Notes: generated by a model not told the origin, from the sequence alone. A DNA stretch of 62,713 bases from Candidatus Woesearchaeota archaeon (GCA_964606775.1 CAZSGW010000001.1:90002-152714), one strand, 5' to 3'; positions 19,599 through 28,700 are shown, numbered from the stretch's first letter. Numbers and translations: made by a program.

Positions 19599-19829
19599 AT
19601 GGAAAGTATAAACCTTTCTTGTCAAAAATCTCCGGGAGAATTTTTCGGAGAATATAGGGTGAGCGTCTTAGACGCAAAAGGCGAGGAAATAACGGGCAAG
19701 ATGTCTCTAAGAGAAAAATATCTAAGAGCAGATATCTTAGAACACCACGGAGACAAAGCACTTGTTTTATTCCCAAAGGGATTAAGCAAAGAAATTGCCT
19801 GGATTAATGACAAATACCTTTTAAATTAA
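19599..19829 (+). CDS. hypothetical protein
   Basis: 76 aa ORF followed by a hairpin and T-tract. Overlapping minus-strand ORFs look like shadows. Confidence 0.4.
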   Translation: MESINLSCQKSPGEFFGEYRVSVLDAKGEEITGKMSLREKYLRADILEHHGDKALVLFPKGLSKEIAWINDKYLLN

Positions 19830-19838
19830 CCCTAATTT

Positions 19839-19868
19839 AAGGTCGAAAGACCTTTTCTTTCTTTTTTA
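19839..19868 (+). terminator. hairpin plus T-tract between convergent genes
   Basis: AAGGTC-GAAA-GACCTT stem-loop followed by TTCTTTCTTTTTTATT. Archaeal termination uses oligo-T tracts. Confidence 0.4.
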
Positions 19869-20675
19869 TTCAAACAAACTCTCATAAAAAACAGCTCGAT
19901 TAATATCTTGTTTCTTAGGATTCATCCATCTAAAGAATCGCTTCAATTTCAAAGGCTTATCTTTTTGTCCGACCAAAGTACTCGCTAATCTCCTATATTC
20001 TTCGCTCGCACTAGATTTAGGTTTATGCAATGTAGAAGGAGTAAATTCAGACAAAGCTTTCAGAACATTAACGTCATGAGGCACCACAGCTAAAACAGGA
20101 ACATCCAATGTATTTTCAATATCATCTAAAGAAACTTCAAATTTCTTATTATGGACTTTATTAAGAACTAATCCATCTATCTGAGCCCCTCTCTGCTTAG
20201 CCAATTTTACAGCCTTAATAGTGGTTCCCAAAGTAGCATGATCTGGAGTAGTAACTACCAATAAACCATCTGAAGCTAACATAACTCCAAGCGTCTCTTC
20301 ATTTAAAGAAGGAGAGGAATCATAAATAATAAAGTCATATTTTTTCTTCAAATAATTCAATCTATCTTTCAATTTCAGAGGAGAAACATTCTTCCTCGAA
20401 AAGGCAGAGGCAGGAATAACATCCAAATTATGAACGCTATGGACTACATCTTTCGCATGATATTCTCGATTCAAAACGTCATGTAAACTTCTTTCGGGAT
20501 CAATAATTTTAAAATGAAAACCTAAATTAGGTGCAGAAAGATTCCCATCAACTAATAAAACTTTCTTATCAAAATTGGCAATAGCAGCACCCAAAGCCGC
20601 AACAACAGAAGTTTTTCCAACACCTCCTTTTAAACTAACCACACCTATACTTCTTCCCATACAAAAAAGAGTCAA
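19866..20675 (-). CDS. MinD/ParA-family P-loop ATPase
   Basis: 269 aa. It has the deviant Walker A VVSLKGGVGKTSVVAALG, VLLVDGN, and a Walker B-like FIIYDSSPS. Confidence 0.8.
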   Translation of the reverse strand: MTLFCMGRSIGVVSLKGGVGKTSVVAALGAAIANFDKKVLLVDGNLSAPNLGFHFKIIDPERSLHDVLNREYHAKDVVHSVHNLDVIPASAFSRKNVSPLKLKDRLNYLKKKYDFIIYDSSPSLNEETLGVMLASDGLLVVTTPDHATLGTTIKAVKLAKQRGAQIDGLVLNKVHNKKFEVSLDDIENTLDVPVLAVVPHDVNVLKALSEFTPSTLHKPKSSASEEYRRLASTLVGQKDKPLKLKRFFRWMNPKKQDINRAVFYESLFE

Positions 20676-20788
20676 AAATACTTTATAAAATTTTCATTGA
20701 GTCTAAAAAGTGATTCTCAGAATTTAATCCAATAAAAATAATGCAAGGGCAACAAAAAACAAAGAGTCTAACGAATATTCAAAACTCT

Positions 20789-21349
20789 TCAATCATGTTT
20801 ATTAACTACGTGTTTAGGTTCAGAGCCTTGACAAACACAAGAATCTCCGTGCCTTACAAAAACATGACCGTCTTTGAACAAATAATATTGTTGTTCCAGA
20901 AGTCTTCGAGAATCTTCCTTTAACCCTGTTTTATCAGAAAGTTCAGAATTCTGTTTTCCAACTTTATTAACAAAATCCTCTAATCTCAAAGAATCCACAT
21001 ACTTCATATAAGAATCCATGTTTTTCTGAGCCTCGTTAATAACTTCTGAGTCCTTCCCTAAAAAATAAACACTCTTTCCACTCGAAGAATCTTTTTCAAC
21101 AACTTTTTTTACTTTATGAGAATCAAAAAACTTGTAACATTTAGCACTATCTTCAACTCTCCTGTCATGATAATCAACATGGTAAATGAACTCTTTACCT
21201 TCCTTTTCTAATTTAAAATTTCCAGAAGGAGTCCTATAAAGAGGATTTTCTCCAATGTTATAAACTTGATTACTACAATTTGAAAAAAATAAAGGAGCAA
21301 CCAAAAATGGTAGCGTCTTTTTCCCTATTTGTTTAATGATATTTTTCAT
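20789..21349 (-). CDS. secreted or lipoprotein-like hypothetical protein
   Basis: The track ORF runs to 21466, but the first 39 codons look like read-through. The ATG at 21347-21349 gives MKNIIKQIGKKTLPFLVAPLFFSNCSNQ, which is signal-peptide-like with a Cys after the hydrophobic core. Confidence 0.5.
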   Translation of the reverse strand: MKNIIKQIGKKTLPFLVAPLFFSNCSNQVYNIGENPLYRTPSGNFKLEKEGKEFIYHVDYHDRRVEDSAKCYKFFDSHKVKKVVEKDSSSGKSVYFLGKDSEVINEAQKNMDSYMKYVDSLRLEDFVNKVGKQNSELSDKTGLKEDSRRLLEQQYYLFKDGHVFVRHGDSCVCQGSEPKHVVNKHD

Positions 21350-21468
21350 ATTATTTTTAAAAATCCAAACTTTATAAATCTTTCTATTTGTTGTTACTCT
21401 ACAATTACACAAAATAATCAAAGGATTATCCAATTCCAAGAACCACTTTCTTAATATGAACAACAACC

Positions 21469-21478
21469 TTTAAAAATA
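21469..21478 (+). promoter_or_regulatory. TATA-like box upstream of rps15
   Basis: TTTAAAAATA lies 20-29 nt upstream of the ATG at 21498. This spacing fits a leaderless or near-leaderless archaeal mRNA. Confidence 0.35.
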
Positions 21479-21497
21479 ACAATCCATACGAATTTAC

Positions 21498-21842
21498 ATG
21501 CCAGAAGAAAAAACAGCAGAGAAAAAGGAAACAAAAAAACTTACTCAAACCCAATTTGAAAAAAAAGTTATTGAGCTAGCTGACAAAGGATTAACAGCAG
21601 AAAAAATCGGAGAAGAATTAAGAAAACAAGAAATTCATCCAAAAGAATTCTCAAAAAAAATATCTAAAATACTAAAAGAAAAAGAAAAATATACTGACCC
21701 TGAATTGACAAATGTTGAAGAAAAATACAACAAACTTTCAAAACATACAGAAAAAAACAAACAAGATAAAAGAGCAATCAGAGAGAAAAGTAGAAGATTG
21801 TCGCACATAAGAAAAATCAAAAAACATCGAAAATTAATCTAA
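21498..21842 (+). CDS. rps15: 30S ribosomal protein S15 (uS15), divergent and short
   Basis: 114 aa. VIELADKGLTAEKIGEELRKQEIHP...ISKILKE...PELTNVEEKYNKLSKHTEKNKQDKRAIREKSRRLSHIRKIKKH follows the archaeal S15 pattern (LakkG.s...IG..LR, PE.L.nl, kHle.NkkD). It sits next to the recJ-like gene, as in many archaea. Confidence 0.6.
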   Translation: MPEEKTAEKKETKKLTQTQFEKKVIELADKGLTAEKIGEELRKQEIHPKEFSKKISKILKEKEKYTDPELTNVEEKYNKLSKHTEKNKQDKRAIREKSRRLSHIRKIKKHRKLI

Positions 21843-21869
21843 TTTTGTTTTAAATTAAAAGAGGGAAAA

Positions 21870-23195
21870 ATGGACAAGAATTTAGAATTAGAAATAAAAA
21901 GAATTGTACCACTATTTCTAGAAAAATCCAAAGAAAAAGAAGTCCAAATAGTAAGCCATTTTGATACTGATGGAATAACTTCTGCTGCAATAATGGTGCA
22001 AGTACTAAAAAATTTGGATATAAAATTCAGTCTAAAGATAGTAAAAAGTTTAGATGAAAAATTCATCGAAGAACTTCCAAAAGAAAAAATACTTCTATTT
22101 CTTGACCTAGCTTCAGGAAGTTTAAATTATCTCAAAAATTTTGAAGATGTCTTCATAATCGACCATCACGAGATTGTTCAAGAAATACCTTCAAACATAA
22201 ATATCATCAACTCCGAACTATTTGAAAAACAAAAAATAAGCGGTTCGGGATTAACATATCTATTTTGTAAAGAAATTAATGAAAAAAACAAAGAATTTGC
22301 AAAGCTTGCAGTTTTGGGAATGGTTGGAGATTGTCTTGAAAAAGAAATAGGAACCTTGAATAATGGAATACTGGAAGACGGAGAAATAAAAAGAAAAAGA
22401 GGACTATTGATTTATCCATCCACAAGACCCCTAAATAGAACTCTCGAATATTGCTCAAATCCCTACATACCCGAAGTAACGGGAGATTTAAAGGGCGTCC
22501 TAGAACTTCTAAGAGAAGCCGGGCTAAATCCTGAAAATGGAAAATACAAAAGTCTTCTGGAATTGAACGAAGAAGAAATGAGCAAATTAACAACCTCAAT
22601 AATTCTAAGAAACCCAAAATCAAAAGATGACATAGTAGGAGATATTTTTTTACTTAAAATGTATAATCAGCTAGAAGATGCAAGAGAAATGAGTGCAAAA
22701 ATAAATGCTTGCTCAAGATACGGAAAAAGTGATATCGCATTACAACTTTGTATGGAAATTCCTTTCGCAAAAAAAAGAGCAGAAGAAATCCATGCAAAAT
22801 ATAAACAAGAACTAATAGGAGGAATAAAAACTGCAAAAAAAATTGAAAAAATAGAAGGAAAAACATTCTCAATAATAAATGCAAAAGATTCTATCAAGGA
22901 CACAATGATTGGAACAATTACAAGCATCCTTTCAAATTCTCCAGACTACCAAGAAGGAACGATTCTTGTGGGATTAGCACACTATGAAGACAAAATAAAA
23001 ATATCTGCAAGAAATGTAGGAAAAAGAGGAAGAAATGTTCGGGACATCCTAGACGGAATTGTAAATGAAATAGGGGGAGAAGTTGGAGGACACGAATTCG
23101 CCGCAGGAGGAATAGTGAAACAAGAAAAAGAAGAAGAATTAATTGAACTTCTAAAAAAGAATTTAGAGATAGAAGTAATAAAAGTTACTAACTAA
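21870..23195 (+). CDS. DHH/DHHA1 RecJ-like nuclease (GAN/Cdc45-like)
   Basis: 441 aa. Motifs are VSHFDTDGITSAAIM (DHH motif I/II), FIIDHH (motif III) and GGHEFAAGG (DHHA1). Confidence 0.8.
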   Translation: MDKNLELEIKRIVPLFLEKSKEKEVQIVSHFDTDGITSAAIMVQVLKNLDIKFSLKIVKSLDEKFIEELPKEKILLFLDLASGSLNYLKNFEDVFIIDHHEIVQEIPSNINIINSELFEKQKISGSGLTYLFCKEINEKNKEFAKLAVLGMVGDCLEKEIGTLNNGILEDGEIKRKRGLLIYPSTRPLNRTLEYCSNPYIPEVTGDLKGVLELLREAGLNPENGKYKSLLELNEEEMSKLTTSIILRNPKSKDDIVGDIFLLKMYNQLEDAREMSAKINACSRYGKSDIALQLCMEIPFAKKRAEEIHAKYKQELIGGIKTAKKIEKIEGKTFSIINAKDSIKDTMIGTITSILSNSPDYQEGTILVGLAHYEDKIKISARNVGKRGRNVRDILDGIVNEIGGEVGGHEFAAGGIVKQEKEEELIELLKKNLEIEVIKVTN

Positions 23196-23436
23196 GTTTC
23201 TTAAAATAAATATAAGAATCATCAGAATGTTCTTCTGTAACTCTCCATGAATGTTTCCTCGGATGTTTTGTACATCTAAAATCATAAAATATTTCTTCAC
23301 AATCTTCAGAATAAATCTGTCTATCAATTTCCCTATACTTAATCATCCCAGAACAATTAAGAGGACAACCAACATCTCCACCAGAAAAAACCTTCTTGAT
23401 GAGAGTTTTATTCATCTTCCTGGATTTTCGAGCCAT
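23188..23436 (-). CDS. hypothetical Cys-containing small protein
   Basis: 82 aa ORF with scattered Cys/His (CPLNC...C...C.KH). It is convergent with the recJ-like gene and overlaps its end by 8 nt. Confidence 0.4.
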   Translation of the reverse strand: MARKSRKMNKTLIKKVFSGGDVGCPLNCSGMIKYREIDRQIYSEDCEEIFYDFRCTKHPRKHSWRVTEEHSDDSYIYFKKLS

Positions 23437-23486
23437 AAAAAAACCACCACAACAAGTTTTAAAACCTCTTCTATTCTACAAAATAT

Positions 23487-24197
23487 ATGACACTTGAAGA
23501 AGGAGACATAACATTATGCACAGTAGACAGGATAGCTGGAACTCTAGTATTCGTAAATATAGACGGGGAAGAAAAAGATGGAAGTATAGTTTTAAGTGAA
23601 ATCGCACCCGGAAGAATAAGAAACTTAAGAGATTATGTAGTTCCAAAGAAAAAAATAATATGCAAGGTTCTAAGCACAAAAGGCGAAACAATAAAATTAT
23701 CCCTAAGGAGAGTTACCAAAAAAGAACAAAAAGAAATGAGAGAAAAAATAAAACAAGAAAAAAGTTTCTCTAGCCTTCTAAAAAGAATAATTGGGGAAGA
23801 AAGGGCAAAAAAAGCAATTAAAGAAATAAAAGAAAAGGAAAAACTATATGAATTCGTAGAAGAGATAAAAGAATCTCCAAAAAAATTAGAAAAAGTTATT
23901 TCAAAAGAGGATGCAGAAAAGGTGCTTGAAATTTTAAATAAACAAAAAACAAAAAAAGCCATTTTAAAAAAAGATTTTACTCTAACAACAACCGATGACG
24001 AAGGATTAAAATTTATAAAAGAGATTTTAGGAAAGATAAAAAAAGGAGAAATAAAATATATCTCCGCAGGGAAATATTCTGTAAAAACAGAAGCTGATGA
24101 CATAAAAAAAGCAGATAATAAAATCAAGGAAATTTTTGAAGAAATAGAAAAATTTGCAAAGAAAAATTCGATGGATTTTTCAACTAAAGAAAAATGA
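23487..24197 (+). CDS. translation initiation factor aIF-2 alpha subunit
   Basis: 236 aa. The N-terminus is an S1/OB domain (EEGDITLCTVDRIAGTLVFVNIDGEEKDGSIVLSEIAPGRIRNLRDYVVPKKKIICKVLS...KLSLRRV), followed by a helical and an alpha/beta domain. A nop10-like ORF follows, as in the conserved archaeal operon. Confidence 0.7.
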   Translation: MTLEEGDITLCTVDRIAGTLVFVNIDGEEKDGSIVLSEIAPGRIRNLRDYVVPKKKIICKVLSTKGETIKLSLRRVTKKEQKEMREKIKQEKSFSSLLKRIIGEERAKKAIKEIKEKEKLYEFVEEIKESPKKLEKVISKEDAEKVLEILNKQKTKKAILKKDFTLTTTDDEGLKFIKEILGKIKKGEIKYISAGKYSVKTEADDIKKADNKIKEIFEEIEKFAKKNSMDFSTKEK

Positions 24198-24346
24198 AAC
24201 TTAAATATTTCTTAAAAGAAAACAAAAAAACCTACACTCTAAAAGAAGAGATAAATGGGGAAAAAACAAAAGACGCACACTACAAGTTTGTAAAAGTTCG
24301 TGACGCTCCAAAAACAAACGACATAAACAAAATTAGAAAAAACTAG
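24194..24346 (+). CDS. nop10: Nop10-like H/ACA RNP protein without zinc-ribbon cysteines
   Basis: Not in the track (50 aa). The ATGA overlap with the aIF-2alpha stop is at 24194-24197. MKLKYFLKENKKTYTLKEEINGEKTKDAHYKFVKVRDAPK... matches the Nop10 core (.YTLKE....GE.T..AHP.RFSP.D), but all four Cys positions are replaced. Confidence 0.5.
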   Translation: MKLKYFLKENKKTYTLKEEINGEKTKDAHYKFVKVRDAPKTNDINKIRKN

Positions 24347-24936
24347 GACAAAGTTTTCTGTTCCCGAGTTTTCTTAACTTGCTCTTTTACAATTTCCATA
24401 TCTTTCTCCCAAAGCGGGGTCAAATCTCTTTTATAAATTATAGCCGCCGGATGGAATAAAGGAATAAGTTTTATCTTAACACCATCAATATTCACAAACT
24501 TAACTTTCCCATGAACCATTGTAATTCCAGGCTGACTCTTCATTTTATCGATATCTCCCTCAGAAAGAAAAAATTTGGTTGCATAATTTCCAAGCGAACA
24601 AATAACCTTGGGTTTAATTTGTTTTATCTGCTCCAAAAGCCAAGGAGTATGGGCTTTAATCTCCTCAGGAAGAGGATCGCGATTTTTTGGTGGACGGCAC
24701 TTCAGAATATTTGCAATATAAATTTCATCAATACTCAGACCAACCTTTGATAAAAGAGCATCCAAATTTTTGCCTGCACGACCAACAAAGGGCAAACCCT
24801 GTTCATCTTCATTTTTTCCAGGAGCTTCACCAACAAAAAGAATCTCTGCATGTTCATCTCCCCTACCAACAACAATATTTGTGCAATTTTTACAAATCTC
24901 AGTTTCCTTAACTTTTTGCATATATTCAGATTCCAT
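24343..24936 (-). CDS. udg: family 4 uracil-DNA glycosylase
   Basis: 197 aa. CKNCTNIVVGRGDEHAEILFVGEAPGKNEDEQGLPFVGRAGKNLDALL plus HPAAIIY is the typical UDG family 4 pattern. Confidence 0.85.
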   Translation of the reverse strand: MESEYMQKVKETEICKNCTNIVVGRGDEHAEILFVGEAPGKNEDEQGLPFVGRAGKNLDALLSKVGLSIDEIYIANILKCRPPKNRDPLPEEIKAHTPWLLEQIKQIKPKVICSLGNYATKFFLSEGDIDKMKSQPGITMVHGKVKFVNIDGVKIKLIPLFHPAAIIYKRDLTPLWEKDMEIVKEQVKKTREQKTLS

Positions 24937-24960
24937 AAAATAAACAATTAAAAATATTAT

Positions 24961-25320
24961 TTAAATATATTTTTTCCAATCAAATTTTTCAAATCTTTTT
25001 TCCAGAGCCAAATAAGATTTCCTCCTTAAAAAACCATATTCATCTTTAATATTCATCACAATAATCTTTTTACGAGCAAATTCAAAATTTTTTACCAGAT
25101 AATTCTTCATATATTTTTCCATAACAAAAACAACATCAACATTTTTCAAAATATTTTTGTTAATTCTTCTACCCAAAAAAACAGATAGCCAACCAACCCC
25201 CGCTGAAGAAATAATTGCCTTAACATTTTTAGCGTCGAGATAACCTCTCAAAAAATCCTCTGCATACCTACTACGAGTAAAGTTATGCTTACAAAGAAAT
25301 AGATATCTTTTTTTATTCAT
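24961..25320 (-). CDS. low-molecular-weight phosphotyrosine phosphatase/ArsC-like protein (short)
   Basis: 119 aa. LFLCKHNFTRSRYAE contains the C-x5-R-S P-loop. SAG, VVFVMEKYMKNYL and IKDEY occupy the positions of the LMW-PTP DlilvMe and DP(y) motifs. Confidence 0.55.
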   Translation of the reverse strand: MNKKRYLFLCKHNFTRSRYAEDFLRGYLDAKNVKAIISSAGVGWLSVFLGRRINKNILKNVDVVFVMEKYMKNYLVKNFEFARKKIIVMNIKDEYGFLRRKSYLALEKRFEKFDWKKYI

Positions 25321-25358
25321 AAAAATAAAAAGTAAAATTTAGTTTTTAAAATGCACTT

Positions 25359-25616
25359 TTACTTACCATAACAATCTAACGAAAATATCAGATATTCCAA
25401 ACCATGCTTCTTTCCAATATTTCTAAGTTCAGAAACATAATCATAATCTCCATAACCAAATTTTCTTCCCTGAAGATCAGGCATTATCAATCCAAAAGGA
25501 TAATTTTTACCTGAAACAAGAAGATTAAAACTTCTTACCTTAATTCCCAGAACATCATTCTCTTCAAAAAAACCAGACAACTCTTTATTCAAATCAGAAA
25601 TTTCTCCTTCTTCCAT
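25359..25616 (-). CDS. hypothetical protein
   Basis: The track ORF (to 25667) overlaps the radA 3' end. The ATG at 25614-25616 (MEEGEISDL...) starts 1 nt after the radA stop, giving 85 aa. Confidence 0.45.
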   Translation of the reverse strand: MEEGEISDLNKELSGFFEENDVLGIKVRSFNLLVSGKNYPFGLIMPDLQGRKFGYGDYDYVSELRNIGKKHGLEYLIFSLDCYGK

Positions 25617-25617
25617 T

Positions 25618-26616
25618 TTAAGCTTTATCAACAACACCTGCATCAGTAACAAAATAAACACATTCATTATCTGGCAAGTTAGGACTATCTATTAACTTTG
25701 CGACACGAGAACCTTGTTTTCCTCTTCTAAGGTACATCCTATAAGTTGAAGCATGGCCTACAATATTCCCTCCAATTGCAGTCGTAGGATCCCCGAAAAG
25801 TTGTGCAGGATTCGCCATAACCTGGTTCGTAACATAAACAGCAATATTATGCGTTTCGGCAAGTTTCATTAAATCATGCATATACCTATTAAGCTTCTGT
25901 TGCCTATCCGCAAGTTGCCCTCGACCAGAATACTCTGCCCTGAAGTGTGCAGTCAAAGAATCAATAATCATCAATTTAATTGGTTCGCCATTCTTCACCA
26001 TCTCACCAACTTTCTCTAAAAGCAACATTTGATGATCTGAATTAAAAGCTCTTGCAACCAAAATATTCTTTAAGACTTTATCAGGATTCAAACCTTTACT
26101 CTCGGCAATTTGTTTTATTCTCTGAGGTCTAAAAGTTCCCTCAGTATCGATAAAAACACATTTACCTTCATTTCCTCCCTTATCTTTAGGCAACTGAACA
26201 TTAACAGCTAAAGTCGAACCTAACTGAGTCTTCCCTGAACCATAAGCTCCGAAAGCCTCAGTTATTGCCCTACTTTCTATACCTCTTCCACCCAGCAATT
26301 GATCAATATTTTCACTTCCAAATGTAATGTAAGAAACATCTTCTCTTTTCTTAGAGTATTCCATTCCATCGGTAAAACCTAATTGCAACATGTCTCTCGC
26401 AGCCTGAATAGCCTTACGAGCAACAGCCGGACTGATTCCAGACATATCTGAGATTGTAGCAGGACTAGCAACGGCCAAAGACATCAAATCCAAAACACCT
26501 CCAGCCTCCAACTTAGCAGCAACAGCAGGCCCAACACCCGGCAAATCAGTTAATTCTGGCTCCTTTTCATCAGAAACAGCTTTCTTCACTTTTTTAATCT
26601 CCTCTTTATCTGCCAT
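25618..26616 (-). CDS. radA: DNA repair and recombination protein RadA
   Basis: HhH region LPGVGPAVAAKLEAGGV, Walker A EAFGAYGSGKTQL and Walker B LMIIDSLTAHFR are present. The track start at 26655 is a TTG; the first ATG (MADKEE) is at 26614-26616. Confidence 0.92.
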   Translation of the reverse strand: MADKEEIKKVKKAVSDEKEPELTDLPGVGPAVAAKLEAGGVLDLMSLAVASPATISDMSGISPAVARKAIQAARDMLQLGFTDGMEYSKKREDVSYITFGSENIDQLLGGRGIESRAITEAFGAYGSGKTQLGSTLAVNVQLPKDKGGNEGKCVFIDTEGTFRPQRIKQIAESKGLNPDKVLKNILVARAFNSDHQMLLLEKVGEMVKNGEPIKLMIIDSLTAHFRAEYSGRGQLADRQQKLNRYMHDLMKLAETHNIAVYVTNQVMANPAQLFGDPTTAIGGNIVGHASTYRMYLRRGKQGSRVAKLIDSPNLPDNECVYFVTDAGVVDKA

Positions 26617-26675
26617 ACAAGAAAAATTCAAACCTAGTTTATAAACATTATTCAACTTACAAATATATATTAAAA

Positions 26676-27617
26676 TTATTTTTCCAACTCAGCAACTAAA
26701 TTATCTACATTAACTTCTTCAACACTATCTATAACAAATTCCGGCTGATTAAAATAAGTGTTCTTCCTAACATTTCCTCCAAAATAAAATTCTTTACCTA
26801 ATAAATCATCTCTTTGATTATTCAATTTTTCTGCATCTTCCAAATCATTTAAACCTAAACTCTTAATATTTTCATGAAACAAAACACTTCGAATATTTTC
26901 AGTTCCATCATCAATAACAATATTTATCAAAGCCCTTTTCTCGGGAACGACCTTGCCATGCTCAACACAAACATAGTTTTCCCCATCGGTATTAGCTTTT
27001 TTGTTACATTGAGGACAAACATAAAAAAACTTTGGCGGAAAGCTCTGAACAACGAATGCACGGCTTTTTACATTATCTGAGATAGAGAAATCAGAAATAT
27101 TCTTTTCTTTAACAATTTTCTCGGTAACCAAATTACTAAAATTTTCAACACTCTTCTTAATTTCAGAAAAACTTCCTAGATGAAGTTCATTATCTCTGAC
27201 ACTCGCATTAACTAACTCAACAACAGAATCCTTTCCAAATTCATTCTTTTCAAACAAATCAATATGATTCGTATCCCACAAAACAACCCGAACATTAGAA
27301 GTATCATCCGCAATAAAAAAATTAGCAACCTTAGAATCATCTCCTTTAGAAGTTTTATAATTTCTAATTATCGGTTCACTAATAACTTTTCCAGAAGTAT
27401 TTGCCTTTCTCATTCCAGGCAAAAGCTCATTAATTTTTAACTTTTCATCCTCAAATGAAATATTCAATTCAGCTGCAACAATTTGAGCAGCCCCTTCATA
27501 ACTAATTAAATCCGAAAGTTTAGCCCTCTTCGCTTCTATTTTTCTTATAACCTCTTCTTTATCCAATTCAGATACCTTAGAGATTTTATCAACAATCCTC
27601 GAATAATTATCGGTCAT
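26676..27617 (-). CDS. replication protein A-like ssDNA-binding protein (OB folds plus zinc ribbon)
   Basis: 313 aa. There are OB-fold-like segments (ISGKVISEPIIRNYKTSKGDDSKVANFFIADDTSNVRVVLWD) and a C-x2-C...C-x2-H zinc ribbon (CPQCNKKANTDGENYVCVEHGKV), as in archaeal RPA/RFA. It is adjacent to radA. Confidence 0.65.
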   Translation of the reverse strand: MTDNYSRIVDKISKVSELDKEEVIRKIEAKRAKLSDLISYEGAAQIVAAELNISFEDEKLKINELLPGMRKANTSGKVISEPIIRNYKTSKGDDSKVANFFIADDTSNVRVVLWDTNHIDLFEKNEFGKDSVVELVNASVRDNELHLGSFSEIKKSVENFSNLVTEKIVKEKNISDFSISDNVKSRAFVVQSFPPKFFYVCPQCNKKANTDGENYVCVEHGKVVPEKRALINIVIDDGTENIRSVLFHENIKSLGLNDLEDAEKLNNQRDDLLGKEFYFGGNVRKNTYFNQPEFVIDSVEEVNVDNLVAELEK

Positions 27618-27729
27618 TTCAAAAAAAGGAGATTCGCTTTTATAAGTATTATGTTAAAAAAACCCCATTAAACCAAAATATTGGTGCAATTAAAAGAAGT
27701 TTCTACAAAATGCCGGCAAAGCAATAATA

Positions 27730-27738
27730 TTTATAAAT
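27730..27738 (+). promoter_or_regulatory. TATA-like box upstream of aEF-1beta
   Basis: TTTATAAAT lies 21-29 nt upstream of the ATG at 27759. Confidence 0.35.
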
Positions 27739-27758
27739 GACTATGAATAAAAATAGTT

Positions 27759-28028
27759 ATGGGAATAAACGGAGCCAAATATAAATTAATGCCAACTTCT
27801 CCAGAGGTGAACTTGGATGAAATAAAAGAATCTGCAAAAAAAATCATAGAAGAATTTGGAGGAGAAAACAAAGAATATACTGAAGAACCAATCGCATTCG
27901 GACTTAAAGCAGTAATAATTTTCTTTTTTTACCAAGACGACAAAAATCCTGAAGAACTAGAACAAAAATTCTCAGAAATAGAAAATGTTAATTCTGTAGA
28001 ACTGATAGACATGAGAAAAATTGCTTAG
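27759..28028 (+). CDS. elongation factor aEF-1 beta
   Basis: 89 aa. KYKLMPTSPEVNLDEIKESAKKII...EEPIAFGLKAVIIFF...VNSVELIDMRKI is the aEF-1beta pattern. Confidence 0.85.
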   Translation: MGINGAKYKLMPTSPEVNLDEIKESAKKIIEEFGGENKEYTEEPIAFGLKAVIIFFFYQDDKNPEELEQKFSEIENVNSVELIDMRKIA

Positions 28029-28085
28029 AAATTCTGACAAAAATTTCACCAACAAACTTATTAATACATTTTCTCTAAATAACTC

Positions 28086-28700
28086 ATGGCCATACCTCAA
28101 GAACAAATTGAGCAGATAAAAGAACAAATAATCTCTCAAATAGAATCTACATTCCCCGAAGAAAAAAAAGACCAAGCAATAGAACAAATAAAGGCAATGA
28201 ATGAAAAGGAACTGGAAGAATTTCTCGAAAAAAATAATCTTATGAAAAATAATGAATCAGAATGTATCTTTTGTTCAATTCTCGAGGGAAAAGTCCCTTC
28301 ATACAAAATAGGAGAAAATGAAAACGCAATTGCAGTATTAAACATAAACCCCTTATCAAAAGGGCACACAACCATAATTCCCAAGGAACACAAAAAAGAA
28401 ATATCCGAACAAATACAAGAATTTTCTAAGAAAATAGGTGTCCTACTAAAAGAAAAATTATCTCCTAAAGAAATTTCAGTGAAAGAGTCTAACATGTTTG
28501 GACACGAAATAGTTGACTTAGTTCCAATCTATGAAGACAATCAAGAATTAAAAGCCAAAAAAGCAAAAGAAAGCGAATTAGAAAGTCTACAAGAATTAAT
28601 CCTCCAGCAAGAAAAGATTCAAGAAGCTCCAGAGGAAAAACCAAAAGAACCCGAAGTAATTACAGAAAAAGATATGTGGCTACCCAGAAGAATTCCTTAA
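28086..28700 (+). CDS. HIT-superfamily protein with a degenerate histidine triad
   Basis: 204 aa. It has CIFCSILEGKVPSYKIGENENAIAVLNINPLSKGHTTIIPKEH. Where H.H.H.. is expected, the sequence reads FGHEIVDLVP, keeping only the first His. Acidic helical extensions flank the domain. Confidence 0.55.
   Translation: MAIPQEQIEQIKEQIISQIESTFPEEKKDQAIEQIKAMNEKELEEFLEKNNLMKNNESECIFCSILEGKVPSYKIGENENAIAVLNINPLSKGHTTIIPKEHKKEISEQIQEFSKKIGVLLKEKLSPKEISVKESNMFGHEIVDLVPIYEDNQELKAKKAKESELESLQELILQQEKIQEAPEEKPKEPEVITEKDMWLPRRIP

Noticed and set aside
20789-21466. N-terminal extensions proposed by the track for several genes: 21466, 25667, 26655, 31631, 33308, 34904, 41931, 45710 and 58210.
   Set aside because: Most begin at TTG or an upstream in-frame codon and overlap the neighbouring gene. 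In each case an internal ATG gives a proper signal peptide or prepilin N-terminus, or an ATGA/TAATG coupling, or follows an AGGAGG/GAGGTGA Shine-Dalgarno-like element. Coordinates were trimmed accordingly.
21839-22927. Minus-strand ORFs inside the recJ-like gene (21839-22066, 22276-22623, 22654-22884, 22667-22927).
   Set aside because: They are shadows. The plus frame carries DHH, DHH motif III and DHHA1 GGH motifs.
23633-24127. 164-aa minus-strand ORF antisense to the aIF-2alpha gene.
   Set aside because: It is a low-complexity F/S/I-rich shadow of a K/E-rich gene. The plus-strand product has an S1 domain and conserved operon context.
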